This document shows positions 24,785 to 38,559 of a stretch of DNA of 64,000 nucleotides, piece after piece. How positions within the stretch are numbered: the stretch's first letter is position 1; each line of letters begins with the position of its first letter. Origin of the DNA: Mytilus edulis (taxonomy: Eukaryota). The translations under genes and the position numbers were made by a program. Below the pieces are notes generated by a model that did no database searches, was not told the origin of the DNA, and worked only from the letters and a program-made list of their open reading frames with translations. The stretch is taken from positions 49,662,001 through 49,726,000 of the forward strand of contig NC_092356.1 in NCBI RefSeq assembly GCF_963676685.1, given 5' to 3'.

Positions 24785-26558
24785 TAAAAATTGATAAGAA
24801 GTTGAAAAGTTGGAAAGAAGAAACTGACAATTTTTTTGTAAGTACTAAAGGATCTAAGGCAGTCATTGAATCGATTAAAGAAGAACCATGTGTAGCTGTT
24901 ACCGGAAGTTTTGGAATTGGCAAAACTGCAGTCATCCGTAACGTAGCTTTATTAATGCGTTCAAATGGTTATATTGTCGTTCCTGTGACAGATCCTTCGG
25001 AAATAAAAAAATACAAACATCCTTTAGAGAAAAATTTATTTGTAGTCGATAACTTTTGCGGTATATGTGATTTAGTGGAGGAAGAACTTGAAGCCTGGAA
25101 CAATTGCGGTGTTGAGTTTGATGAAAAATGTAAACTATTAGTATCGTGCAAACTTCAGGTTTACAGAGCAATACGACATGAATCACTGAATAACATTACT
25201 TTTCATGAATGTAATTTGATTTCAAATGATATATGTCTGTCTCTAGATGAAAGACAATCAATCGCTAGAAAATATGATATCAACATACTTGAAATTATTG
25301 ACTATATCGAATATTTTAACTGTTTTCCCCTTTTGTGTAATAATTTCACTATTGAAAAAATTGATAACGCACAAGATTTTTTTAAACACCCGTTTGAAGT
25401 GTTCGAAACACAGTTTGAAATGTTACAGGCTCTAGGTGCCAATGGTAAAGTTTGTGCATTAATGATCTTATTAATGTTTCCGAAGCTATGATAACGGGAG
25501 ATTTAAATTGGGACGTGAAATATATAATAGCAAATACAAGCAAAGCCTGTAAATTAGGTACGGAGGATTCATGTATCACAATACACAAAGAACTTGATAA
25601 CTTGATCGATACATATGTAGTGAAGAAAGACGGAGTTTATCATGCTCTAAATGAGAGGATATTCAATATAGTACTCCATTATTTTGGTCACGATATGACA
25701 GTACCACTAATAAGTTATGCTTGCCCAACCTTTATAAGAGAAAGGTTTCAGCTATCAAATCCGTTAACGAATAAGGAAGATTACAAGATTTTACGATGTG
25801 CGGATGGGATAGAAAATTCAAATGAGTTATTGTCGTGTAAAACATGGGACAAAATTGGTCTCAATGCAGTTGTTTTATGTAGTATCGAAGATCGTAAACC
25901 TTATGTTAATCGAATGCTTTCGGATTGGTCGAAAGGATTTGTGAATGATACTATTAGAAATCCAAATTTCTATCACTTTTTTTTCTTTCAATTCTTAATT
26001 GGTAAAGGTGAGATTGAAATCGGTCAGTTATTGAAAAAAAAAGACATAATTGATGGCTCGACACCTTTGATTGCAATCTGTGCGCTTATAGACTTTCATT
26101 TTGCAGACAAATGTTACGATATTTATTTGAAATGGTTAATTGACAATGGGTGTCCCATAAATGGAATCAATAAGAAAGGTCAGACGTCCATTTTTTACGC
26201 TGCAATACATGGTAAGAGTAAATTGGTAAATATTCTTATCAATCATAAAGCCGATACTAATATATGCACAACTGAAGGACATTCACCATTATTTATAGCC
26301 TGTCTGAACGGTTATTGTAAAATAGCAGATATTGTACTCATTTCCGGAGCTAACTGCAATGTGAGAACAACTGAAGGAAATACACCATTGCACGCTGCTT
26401 GTTTAAATGGACATATTTCTATTGTGAAAGAATTACTTAAACGCAATGCAGATTTAAGTATAAGAAATAACGTCTGTGTGACAGCACTCGATCTTGCTCG
26501 TCTTAATGGGCATCATGATATTGTGCAAGAGATAATTAAACACTCTTATACAAATTAA
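24785..26558 (+). CDS. HEPN-STAND-ANK terminal exon (nSTAND3-type NTPase, helical region, ankyrins), split by a frameshift
   Basis: tcttcttttatag|TA AAA ATT matches phase 1; ORFs 24766-25491 and 25452-26558 overlap in different frames. Confidence 0.88.
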
Positions 26559-28050
26559 AAGATATGTGTATGAAACTTAAAAACGTTTTTCATTTTTTCA
26601 ACATTTGGAACGAATAAGTTTTTAATATACATATACACAAAAGGGATGGTTTGGTTAAATAGACAGACGAAAACATTTATTGATTGGAATTATTGAAGAA
26701 AGAAATGATCCAAATGATAAAATATCTCACTGCCATTTGTTAATATCATAATATATTTGATTTGCATGCGAGATAGTTGATTGTTAAAAAAACCCAGGCA
26801 ACACACTTTATTTTCTTATTTGTAGTTCACAAGAACCAGCATTTTAAAATTAAAAAGATTCAAACGAATGCCATTAGTGTTTTTTTTCAATAAGATGTAA
26901 TTGATAATGGTAACCATGGAGATATAATTTGCATTAAAAGAGATGTGGAATAATTGACAATGAGATAGCTAACCAACCACACTAATACTTTTGTGTGTAG
27001 CCTCTTTAATCATCCCCCGCTTTACACGTTGTGGGAATTGGGGGAAAATACCAGATGTATATCTGTCTTCCCGGTATCATAGGCGCTCTCACATTTTTTT
27101 CAACTTTTGCCAGATTATTATGAAATTTTATATCAAAGGTTTATATTAGCAATGTCTCGGACAATTTCGAAAACAGTACCGATTAACATTTTTTGTATCA
27201 AAAATATATGCCCCTAGAAAAAATCAATTATATGAACACTTGCAATGCAAGCTATCACGTGTACAATTCTTGCAAGATTTTTATCAAATTTTTATCAAAT
27301 TTTTATCAAACTTATATCTGTAATTTCTCAGACAAGATCGAAAATCAGTACCGATCAACTATATTTTGAATAGTTCTAACCCTTTGAAATATTAAATTAT
27401 ATTGAAAATTGTATTAATACACATGGTCTCATGTAAACTATTTGCTAGATTTTTCTTAAAAGATTTTCAGTTATGTCTCGAACAAGATCATAAAGCAGTG
27501 CCGAACAACTATTTGCCATTTGGAAACATAAATTATACGGAAAATTGCAATGTGAGCGCTCTCATTTGTTCAATTATTGCAAGAAATGACATCGGAGTAT
27601 TAATAGCAATGTATCGGACAAGTTCGAAAAATTCATGTGTGAATTTAAGTAAAGGGTGATTCGAATTGCACTCCAGTGTTTCTGTTGTTCTGTTGTTTTC
27701 CTCTTATAGTTGATGTGTTTCCCTCGGGTTTAGTTTGTAACCCGGATTAGTTTTCTTTCAATACATGTATGACTTTTAAACAGCGGTATATATACCACTG
27801 TTGCCTTTATTCAAGTAACTGCGAGTACTCTCAGATCTGTAATTTGTGTCTTTTTGTTGCTGTGAGGGATGTACAAATTCCCTGCAACGTCCGGTCGTGT
27901 TTTTGTTAGTAGTTGTTTCTGTTTTTCATCGATCTAATGAGTAAAGCCCTTTTCAATTGGTTTTCATAGTTATTTCTGTAGGGTTTTTTTTGTGTATACT
28001 CTATACTTAAATACAGCTAAAATACTCTGTATACGAAAATGATAAACTAA

Positions 28051-31000
28051 GGCCGTGTTCTCATTGAACTAAACTCGGTGTTGTGTTAGTGTAACTCACA
28101 GACGTAAACTAAACACACCTACGTTCCCATTGATTAAACTCAATGTTTACATGTAGTTTAAATCATGTTTTGTCTACATGCAGTCGATAGTCAATGTAGG
28201 CCTTGTGTAGGTTAAGTGTATACAAAACTAGGCATTTAAAACTTTAATTTTACCAAGTATATTTAAGGAAGGAACGATTTTTGAATACAATTGATATTTA
28301 TAACAATTATCAATAAAGTTCTTTACAGAAATATTTGTCTAAACTTGATATATTTATTTGTTATTTACCCCTCATCAAGACTCAAAGCATTATCATTGCC
28401 GAACACATAATTCATTTAAAAAGGTCTTCCCGAATCGACGGGACGTACACGGAAATATTTTACTTTACTCAAACAACTATTCACTCATAAATGCATTACT
28501 AAAAAAATATGAGGTTAATTGTATTGTTTGTCAAGTATCTCAGATCCGTTAAAATACACTTAGAAATTAAAAAACAACAACATTAACATCTCCCTTTGCT
28601 AAATACTCATTGAAGAAGAAATATCATTTAAAAGAAACAGAAAAGATAAAAATGTAGTGATCCTTAACATCTCAATCCTTTTTCTTCGTCTGTAAGCACG
28701 CTGCTGCAGCCTACGTTTTTTAATGCGTAATCGAGACATTTTTAGTATCGTTAAAATACTGCAAATCGTCAATATGGCTTTCCTAAAGGAGCAACTTCAA
28801 AAAAATGGGGGGTATATATTTTTTTTCTGAGTCAGAATTTGTTTTCGCGCGAACGTTTTTATTCAGGTTTTTTTTTCGATGCCAGCAATCAAATATCTGT
28901 TTTTAATATTTAAGACTATAATGTATTGGGAAACTCTGGATTCAGAATATTTTTTTTATAATCTCGATGACCAGAATAATTTTTTTTATCAATTTGGGGA
29001 GCAGAATATTTTTTTATTCAAGAAAAATCCATCCCCTTTTTTTGAAGTCAAATGGTCGTTCCTTTAACTGCTAGAAAAGTCGTCATTCGGTTCTACGTAA
29101 TAAACATTTAAATGACATATACTATATAGTTTACAAGTGTGAACAAATTTTATGTACAGGTAATCAAAAAAAGGTTTATAGATGTGAACAAATTCAATGT
29201 GAAACCAGTGTACATTACATTAAACTTAGGCCGTGTTCCCATTGACCTAAACTCGGTGTTGTGTAAGTGTAACTTACACGTAAACTAAACAAAATTACGT
29301 TCCCATTGATAAAACTCAATGTTTACATGTAGTGTAAATCATGTTTTGTCTACATGCAGTCGATACTCGATGTAGGCCTTGTGTAGATTCAGTGTACATA
29401 AAACTAGGCATTTAAAACATTAGTTTCACCGTGCATATTTAAAGAACAAACGATTTTTGAATAAAATTGATATTTATAGCAATTATTATAATAAAAGTTC
29501 TTTACAGAAATATTTGTCTAAACTTGATATATTTATTTGTTTTGTTTAGAAATAAAACTTAACGTAGCTTTATTAAGCCCTTATCAAGACTCAAAGCAGC
29601 ATCATTGCCGAACACATAATTCATTTAAAAAATTAAGGTATTTCCGAATAAACTTGACTTACACAGAAATATTTGCCACTGGTCTTTACTCAAACAACGA
29701 TTCACTCATAAATGCATTACTTAAAAAGTGTGAGGTAAATGTATTGTTTGTGCAGTATCTCGGATCCGTGAAATTACACTTAAAAAGTAAAAAAAAAAAA
29801 CATACCCCCCCCCCCCCCACCCCCTTTGCCAAATACTTCTTGGAAAAGAGTATCATTTGAACAAACAGAAAAGATAGAAATCTAGTGATCCCTAATATAT
29901 CAATCCTTCTTCGTCTGTAAGCACGCTGTTGCAGCCTACGTTTTCTAATGCTTAATCGAGACATCTTTAGTATCCTTAAACTACTGCAAATCATCAAAAT
30001 GGCTTTCATAAAGAAGCAACCACTTAACTTTAAAAAAGGGGGGTATTTTTTTTATTTATCTGAGTCAGAATTATTTCTGCGCAAACGTTTTACGGGTTTG
30101 TTTGTTTTTTTTGTTTTTTTTTATTTGATGCTGGTAATCAAATTTTTTTTTCTTCAACATTTAACACTATAATGTGTGGGGAAACTCTTGATTCAGAATA
30201 TTTTTTTATCATCTATAGAACCAGAATTGTTTTCTTTATCCAATTGGGGTTTGGAATATTTCCATCCCCCCTATTCAGAGTCAAATGGTCGTTCCCTTAC
30301 TGCTAGCAAAGTTGTCCGAAAACTTTTCATTCGATTCTACGTAATGGAACATTTAAATGACATAGAGTTTACAAGTGTGAACGAATCTTATGTACAGGTA
30401 ATTAAACAAGGTGTATAGATGTGAACAAATTTAATGTGAAACCAATGGCCAGTACGTTAAACTAATTGTAAACAAGTTTACTGTACATGGAGTTTGGTGT
30501 GAACACGGCCTAAGTGTTCACATTGAACTAAACTCGGTGTTGTGTTATTGTAACTCACACGTACAACTAATTACAATTACGTTCCAATTGATAAAACTCA
30601 ATGTTTACATGTAGTTTAAATCATGTTTTGTCTAAATGCTGTCGATAGTCAATGTAGGCCTTGTGTAGGTTAATTGTACAAAAAATTAGGCATGTAGAAC
30701 ATTAATTTTACCATGTATATTTAAGGCAGAAACGATTTTTTGAATAACACTTACATTTATAACAATTACTAATAAAGTTCTTTACAGAAATATTTGTCTA
30801 AACTTGATATATCTATTTGTTATAAACAAAAATTTACGTAGCTTTATTAACTCCTAATCAAGATTCAAAGCATCATCATTGCAAAACACATAATTCCTTT
30901 AAAAAGGTCTTCCCGAATCGACTGGACGTTCACAGAGATATTTGGCACTGGTCTTTACTCAAACAACGATTCACTCATAAATGCATTAATTTTTACTAAC

Positions 31001-31939
31001 AAAAAGTGTGAGGTAAATTGTAGTGTTTGTCTAGTATATCAGATCCGTTAAAATACACTAAGGAAAAAAAAACATTACTCCCTCCCTTTGCCAAATACTC
31101 TTTGGAGAAGAAATACCATTTGAAACAAACAGAAAAGATAGAAATAAAGGGATCCTTAACATCTCAATCCTTTTTATTCGTCTGTAAGCGCTCTGCTGCA
31201 GCCTACATTTTCTAATGCGTAATCGAGACATCAACTACTTCAAATCATCAAAATGGCTTTCAGAATGGAGCAACCACTTAACTTTAAAGAGGGGAGTGGG
31301 GTATGGTTTTTTTCTGAGTCAAATTTTTTTTATGCTAGCAATCAAATATTTTTTATATATATATAACACTATAATGAGGTGTCCTAATCCCGAAATCCTG
31401 GGTTTTAAAGCATGAAATCCCGAGGTCCCGACTCTTAAGAAATTTAAATACCGACATCCCGAAATTCGAAAAAAGAATTTCCGGATGCCGAACGGACCAA
31501 TCCCGAAATCCTGAGATCAAAAACACCCGATCCCGGGGACCCGATAAAGGCCCTATAATGTATGGGAAACACTAGATTCAGAATATTTTCTTTTACCATC
31601 GATATCTGTATGGCCAGAATGTTTTATTTTTTTCATTTTAATACCCCCCCCCCCTTTTCCCCTTTTGAAGCCAGAAGGTCGTCCCCTAACTGCTCCAAAG
31701 GATGTCCGAAAAATTTGCATTCGGTTCTACGTAATAAACATTTAATTAAATGGCATATAGTTTACAAGTGTGAACAAACCTTATGTATGTAGGTAATTAA
31801 ACAAGGTGTATAGATGTGAACAAATTTAATGTGAAACCAGTGTACATTACATTAAACTAATTTTAAACATGTTTATGGTGTGAACACGGCCTAAATGTAA
31901 ACATGTTTACTGTACATGGCGTTTGGTGTAAACATGGCC
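28051..31939 (+). mobile_element. Three nested/tandem copies (~1.2-1.4 kb each) of a PIF/Harbinger-type non-autonomous element
   Basis: TIR ggccgtgttc(t/c)ca ... tgtgaacacggcc flanked by TAA/TTA. Copies start at 28051, 29229 and ~30514; 3' TIRs end at 30510, 31891 and 31939. Confidence 0.85.
31377..31552. mobile_element. Small insertion rich in ATCCCGAAAT motifs, present only in Harbinger copy 3
   Basis: Flanked by direct repeat ctataatg (31369-31376, 31553-31560); absent from copies 1 and 2. Confidence 0.75.
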
Positions 31940-32439
31940 TAAAGACTTGTTAAATATAAACGTTGATTACTAAATTTTACATAATTCATATTGAAAACGT
32001 AGAGCATGAAATTGCTTTATAATCTTCATAATCATAATGTTTGTTCATTTTGCCGTTTTGGTATTTGTTTTTCACAGAATGCAAAAACCCAAATCATTTC
32101 TGTCCCATTAAAGCAGGAATTACCTGTTGTTGTTCCGTTTATATCTTCTCAAAAACGTAATGTCGAGCAGCAGGTGGCCAGTAAGAATTCAAGTAATCAA
32201 GGAATCCTGATAAATGATAAATAGTCTCCCCTTACAGAAATCATAGTGCAACGAGCATGCATTATTTTCTATATAGAAACCGGGTCTTGCTTTCAGCGAA
32301 ATAGGTCGTAGATATATTCAAAACAGGGGCTTTAATTTTTAACATAACTAATTTCTTTCTTTTATGCTTTGAAATACAAATTATGTGGAGAAATAAAAGT
32401 AACTTATCTTGCAATCTCCATGTATTTATCTTTCTTTCC

Positions 32440-32897
32440 GTGGGTTTCTATCCATACAAAGTGCACCGTTTAATGTTAAACCAAGATTTCCAAATAGTGA
32501 AATTGAAATCTTCTCTTCGTACACTTTACTGGCGCCATCACGAGTTGGTTGGTCGTTATGGAATATCAGATGATATCTGATATGTTCCGTATGTCATTAC
32601 TACAATCCTATTCCCTTTTCACGAATGCGACTACCGAATAAGACTATATACCTCGTTTGTAATACCATGAGCAACAATACGGGTGACACATGCAGAACAT
32701 GATCTCCTTACCTATCCGGGGCACCTGTGATCACCACTAGCTTTTATGGGTTCGTGTTGCTTAGTTTTTAGTTTTCTATGATTTGTCGTGTGTACTATTA
32801 TTTGTCTATTTGTCATTTTCGTTTAAAGATATGGCGTTGTCAACTATTTTTGATCTGTGAGTTTGAATGTCCCTCAGGTATCTTTCGTCCCTCTTTT
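32440..32897 (+). mobile_element. Penelope-like 3' relic
   Basis: LLNQ..LKSSLR.Y.RHHELV-like remnant and a tail shared with 38560-39118. Confidence 0.6.
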
Positions 32898-34336
32898 AAT
32901 TGGATATTACACAAATGCGATAAAAGGTTAACTCGATCAATCATTTTGTCGTGTATTTTTTTATTTATTTCTCCATTAATCGAGAACGAATGTCGAAAAT
33001 GTTACATCTCACTATCGAAAATAGCAATATGTGTATTTTAAACAGTAATTCTGACCTTTCTCTGTAAGGTGTCCGTCCCTGTAAGATATCAATTAATCCA
33101 AATATGTTTTTCCGAGATACACTACGAAAATACTCCTATATGCCGATATAATGAAGCAAACTATGTTCAAATGGTTTTACAGATTGTGGTGTGCTGTTTC
33201 ACAAATGTCCGAGGTTTGGGGTACGCTGAACACTTGTACCTGTCTCTTTCTTTATGTGCATGTCCTGCGTAAGGAGCTTTATATTCGATGATTGTCTTTA
33301 GTTGCTGTTTGTCATGTTTATTTTTCTATATGATTTGACATAATTCAAGGCCGTTGTTTATTTTGTTTTTGTTGTTAAAATATTCGTTTAGATAGTGTTG
33401 GGTAGTTGCCTCATAATTATAGCAATCATACATTGTACAATGTACGCTATCTTCCCATTTTTATATTCAAAAATGTAATCCTTGTCTTGTGTAACCTTTT
33501 TATAAACGACCATATGTCTTATTTGGGATACCGAGCTTATCGCCCTTGTTTTTAATCACAACCAGGAAGAATGATGTACGTCATTTTGCATTGTTTAACC
33601 CCAGTCTAGATGTTATATCCTTGAAATGGCCCTAACAATTCTACGTTAGATTTTGATAGTTCTACTTTTAGCCAGGTCTATGGGTGAACTATTTAGAACT
33701 TCTTAAACAGTTTAATGACTGCATATTCTGATAGCGGAGAGGTTGGAACTGATCCCAGGTGTATAAACAGAAACATGGTGTTCAGTGGTTGTCGTTTGTT
33801 AGTGGTGGATAATTGTTTCTCGTTCCACGTTTTTTATAAAGATTATACCGTTGGTTTCCCCGCTTGAATTGTTTTAAACTAGTCATTTTTGGGACCCTTT
33901 ATAGCTTGCGTAGTTGCTGTTCAGTGTGAGACAAGGATTCATGTTCAAGACCGTACTCTCACCTATAAGGGTTAACTTTTTTAAAATTGAAATATGGATA
34001 GACAGTTGCCTCATTGGCACTCATACTACATCTACTTGTATCTAATATGATATTTATATCAAAGGGAAATATTTCCGCTGTATTAGATAGGTGTAAAAAA
34101 TAAGCGCCTTTCAGTTATTTTGAAGGGTCATGTTCTTTTACGTTTTCAATTTGGTGGAATTTTTAATCCAATGTATATCACAGGTTTATTCAAGCAATAT
34201 GCCGGAAGTAAAACGGTTATCAGGAAATCTAAGAGCCAACATTTAGCATCGAAGAGGAAATAGATAAATAACAACAGGTAGAGTAAACTTATGTTTGCAT
34301 AGGAAATAAACTCATCATAAATACATAGAAATAAAC

Positions 34337-34975
34337 ACATTTATTCTAAAACCTATTGCTGTTTGCATGATACGGGTTATGTTCTCATATATTTTATGAT
34401 GGTATAATACTAAAGCCCTAACGGGAGGGATTGTACTTGATATTCATATGATGAAGACATAATCTTTCAATCAGTTTAATTGAGGTCTGGAGCTGGCAGG
34501 TCAGTTAGCTGCTAGTAGTCCTTTGTTAGTTTAAGTATCATTGTCATTTTTGTTTTTTTTTTGTTACCTATTCTGACATCAGATTAAGATTTTTTTTAAC
34601 TGAGTTATACAGTGCATATTGTTGTGTTTGATTTTCACATTGACAAGAGATATAGGGGGAGGGTTGAGATCTAAAAAACAAACATGTTTAACCCCGCTCA
34701 TGTTTGTGCCTTTCCGAAATAAGGAGCCCCTGGGCTTTGTTAGTCTTGTATAATGATTTTTAATTTTAGTTTCTTGTGTATCTTTCGGAGTTTAGTATGA
34801 CGTCCATTATCACTAAACTAGTACACATTTTGGTTTAGGAGTCAGCTGAAGCACACCTCCGGGCGTGGGAGTTTCTCGCTGCATTGAAGACCCATTATTG
34901 GCCCTCGGCTGTTGTCTGCTCTTTGGTCAGGTTGTTGTCTCTTTGACCCATTCTCCATTTCCATTCTCAATTTTA
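34337..34975 (+). mobile_element. Solo 3' tail of the Penelope-like family at 2352-3973
   Basis: Reverse-complement match to 2352-2975, e.g. gatgaagacataatctttcaatcagtttaattgag. Confidence 0.85.
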
Positions 34976-35066
34976 TTAGACGAGAGATCTGAAATTGTTA
35001 CAATTTCTATAAATAGGTCATAAATGAAACAAATGTTCAAATGAATGATTTATTTCATTGTGTAGT

Positions 35067-36374
35067 TTATATGGTTTCCAATAGATGGTCCGTAAAGATA
35101 GATAGAGGTGGGTTTACGCCCACAACGATATCTGCGCTTCCAGCTGTATGCGAAATCCACACATTGTCATCAGTATTCAATTTCAGAATCAAAGTCATAG
35201 ATCCACGGCCATAAATTCCTTTATGATGAATGTCCCCGATAACAGTTGATGCTGGTGTACCATTGTGTTTCAGACTTAACCAAACATTATGCATGTATGT
35301 TGCTACTGTGTGAGAGAAAAGTGGTAGTATCCAGGAACAGTTGGAGTAAAAATTCAAGTGTCTGAATTATATACGTTGTGTGTATTTACCCACGTTTTAT
35401 CGAAAATGATTACCTGTTCAGCATTTGGGTTAGTTACACTCTTGGACAAATAGGCAGAAAACATCATTGCTCCTGAAAAGAATGTTAAAACTTATTGTCG
35501 AATTTCATTTGTGAATGAAAGAAGTCCTAACTTAAAAGAGGGGCGCAAGATACCAACTCATAGATCGAAAATAAATTGACAACGCCTTGGCTAAAAAGAG
35601 AAGACAAACAGACAACTAATAGTACACAAGCACAAGACACATCATAGAAAGCTGAAGACTAAGCAACACGAACCCTGCCAAAAACTGGGAGTGACAGGTA
35701 CAGTGAAAAAAAGAGCAAGGCCAATACCGCAATTTCAAGCAATAAAAGGCCCCGAAATGACAAATGTCAAACAATTCAAACAAGAAAACAAACGGCATAA
35801 TTTATGTACAAAATAATGAACGAAAACCATATATGTAACACAGCAACAAACGACAACCACTGAATTACAGGCTCCAGACTTAAGCTCGGGACAGACACAT
35901 ACATACAGAGTGTGGCATGGTTATATGTCTGTATTCTATTATCAACACGTAAACTTGTCAACTGATAAATGCAGATTCAATACTAAAAAAAATAATTTTC
36001 TGTATTATATCCTTCATATTTTATCTCATAAAATACAAAAAAAAACAGGGAAGTTCAGTGCAGATAACCGAGGAGTCCCTGCTTTTATATATTTTTTTAC
36101 ATTAAATCTTACCTGGTAGGGAAGTATTCTTCAATACCAGGTTTTCCGCTTTTATTTTAAGTAAATCTTGCTGCATTGTGTAGACGGTTGATTGTAGACT
36201 TGTCATATGTTTTTCCAGCTCCATTCTAAGACTTGATTCCTGGTTTAGAATCTGATGTATATATGCTGCTTCAGTATCAGGGAGTGTTGGTGTGGTCGGA
36301 AGTCCTTGTTCCAGTAAGGCATTGGAACATATAAGATATACCGCAAATTGTACCACTGTCAAGACAGTCGCCAT
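35067..36374 (-). pseudogene. C1q-domain-containing gene A (signal peptide, coiled-coil, gC1q); exons 36374-36113 and 35472-35067; pseudogenised
   Basis: Phase-1 junction CCAG|gtaag ... tttcag|GA GCA ATG ATG TTT. Exon 2 has TGA in place of Gly at 35354-35356, a 2-bp CA frameshift at ~35307-35312, and FTDHLL in place of FTGHLL. Confidence 0.9.
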
Positions 36375-36410
36375 GTTGAATTATTTTTATATTGGTTAAT
36401 GTTTAAAATT

Positions 36411-36434
36411 CTATATAAGGTCTTGATAAGAAAG
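36411..36434 (-). promoter_or_regulatory. TATA-like plus GATA block upstream of C1qDC gene A
   Basis: ctatataaggtcttgataagaaag lies 37-60 bp 5' of the ATG; a similar block precedes gene B. Confidence 0.5.
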
Positions 36435-37235
36435 TAAAGAAAGTAAGAGTTTCAAGTACATGACGTCTTATCAAACATACAAATACTAGACGCGCCTTCA
36501 TATCGCCAATTATATTGTACAAACGGATTCTTTGTCGTTTTAACTGTTATCAGCGAGGTTGTACATTTTCATCTTACAAACATGTATATGGAATCATATT
36601 CACGTAATAATGTTTTCTTTCTGTATAAGAAATGAGAAACATTTGCGATATACGTTTCCTTGTCAGTATCGACAATTTTTCTATGTAAGTGACTAAAACC
36701 TATCTATTGTTATTTAAAATTCACCAAGGATTTTTTTTCTGTTGAAGGATTTACTAGTTTGCTAGGCTCATCGCCCAGTAACAACTAAAAAAGTTCTTTA
36801 AGCCGGGGTCATACATTCACAATTTTTACTGCCGTCCTTAATAAGGCAATTCCCGATTAAAAGTAGTCAAAAGCCTGATCAAGATCCTGTGAATCTTTGC
36901 TGGAAGTCCAGACTTTAATTTAGATTTGTAAACATTTATTAAATCCGGACAAAATGATATATTATTATGGAAGCGTTCAAAATTTAGCCGTTTCCAGCCG
37001 AATGTGTCCCGATTATCCCGTTCTCAATCTGATTCTTATCCGATTTGTATCTTTCACATGGTAAACAATACGACCAAATGTATCCCGACAGCCTCCTCCC
37101 ATTGCTATCGAATGCAAGCCGACAGAGATCAAACAATGATAATACAGTGAAGTGACGGAAGATGGCAATGGAATATCAGTAATAAATTTCCCCAGAATAT
37201 ACACGTCCCAGAGAACCGTCTAGATATCTGTATAG

Positions 37236-37555
37236 TGACTCTGAGCTTATGCATCCCATCATAGTTTGAACGACAAAATTATTTTATTTATTTATATTAT
37301 TTTTACTTATGTATCTTGTCATACTTTGAATGACAAATTTATTTTATTAATACTACTTTAACTGTTAAGTCTGTTTTTTTGTTATATCTATTTTACGTGA
37401 CTCTGTACTTATGTATCCCGTCATACTTTGAACCACACTATTATTTTATTTATTATTATTACTTTTACTGTTAAGTCTGTTTTTTTGTTATATCTATTTT
37501 ACGTGACTCTGTATTTATGTATCCCGTCATACTTTTAACGACAAAATTATTTTAT
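37236..37555. repeat. Minisatellite, ~3.5 imperfect units (up to 106 bp)
   Basis: gtgactctgta(c/t)ttatgtatcccgtcatacttt recurs at ~37235, 37397 and 37503. Confidence 0.8.
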
Positions 37556-38559
37556 GTCTACCTGTGCGAATTTCAAACGCGCAATTTTACACCAGTACCT
37601 TCCATCCTTTATGGGTAGATTTTACATAGATAAATAAAATCGTATAACATAAGCAAAATGAGGATGTTGAGTTTGATGTATGCCTTAATTGTGTGCTTCT
37701 TCGTTACATTTGTTGTTTTTATAGTGATTAAGATGATAACAGAATGTCGACTGCTGTACCCCTTATTTTTGACCTTGTTACCTATTGTGTCTGTTTGTTT
37801 TGTTCACGCATCGTTGACAATATAATGAAATTTGATGCGACTGTCATACAAGTGAGCGGTTTAGCTAGCTATAAAACCAGGTTCAATCCACCATTTTCTA
37901 CATAAGAAAATGTTTGTACCAAGTCAGGAATATGACAGTTGTTATCCATTCGTTTGATGTGCTTACGCTTTTGATTTTGCCATTTGATTTGGTTCTTTCC
38001 TTTTTGAATTTTCCTCGGAGTTCAGTATTTTTGTGTTTTTACTTTTTGTTTCAATGACAATTTCCCTGGTAAATAGTTTTCAATCGTGATTCTTGGAGGA
38101 TTTTGTGCATTTTTCGTTGACATCCCGTCGAACAATAGTGTATATGTCAAGGTAAACATACCTTTTGTTCCCCTCATTTCATATTAACAAGTTTTTAATT
38201 ATTCACTTAATAACCAATACCTATTGCTGGCGAATTAAGAGAGACGAATGATTGCATAAGAATTTTTAATCTCACAAGTCGATAATGAATGAAAAACGCC
38301 ATGCCAAATAAAAAAACCGATAGATACAAAACACAACATAAAAAAATAAACCCTACCAATAAAAGATATATTTTCAACGGAACACTGAATACGAATTAAA
38401 TCAGGATATTTCCTCTTCAAAGAAGACAAAACCCCATCATCTGGTTCTGTACAAGTTACAAATATTGTTTATATACATGTAATTATATTTTACATGTTAT
38501 GCACTCAATGTGGTAAAGTTATACCTTTATGTTTGGCATCTTTATCAATTTATCTACGT

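Larger units (their letters stand above)
11805..26558 (+). pseudogene. DZIP3-like HEPN + coiled-coil + nSTAND3-type P-loop NTPase + ~5 ankyrin repeats (~800 aa if repaired); coding exons 11805-12000, 21028-21248, 23618-23825, 24785-26558; frameshift at ~25475-25490 (pseudogene or sequence error)
   Basis: All junctions are GT-AG with consistent phases (1, 0, 1). Motifs: EEENYMR, SSDFDIPLMICLLRNL, RIKFYRNAIVN, NPIPPNLR, Walker A GSFGIGKT, Walker B LFVVDN, and ankyrins GSTPL/GQTSI/GHSPL/GNTPL/CVTAL. Summed exons are 2399 bp, not a multiple of 3. Confidence 0.85.

Noticed and set aside
27006-27672. Old HINE-like element with ~160-bp internal repeats
   Set aside because: Recognisable, but too diverged to place boundaries confidently.
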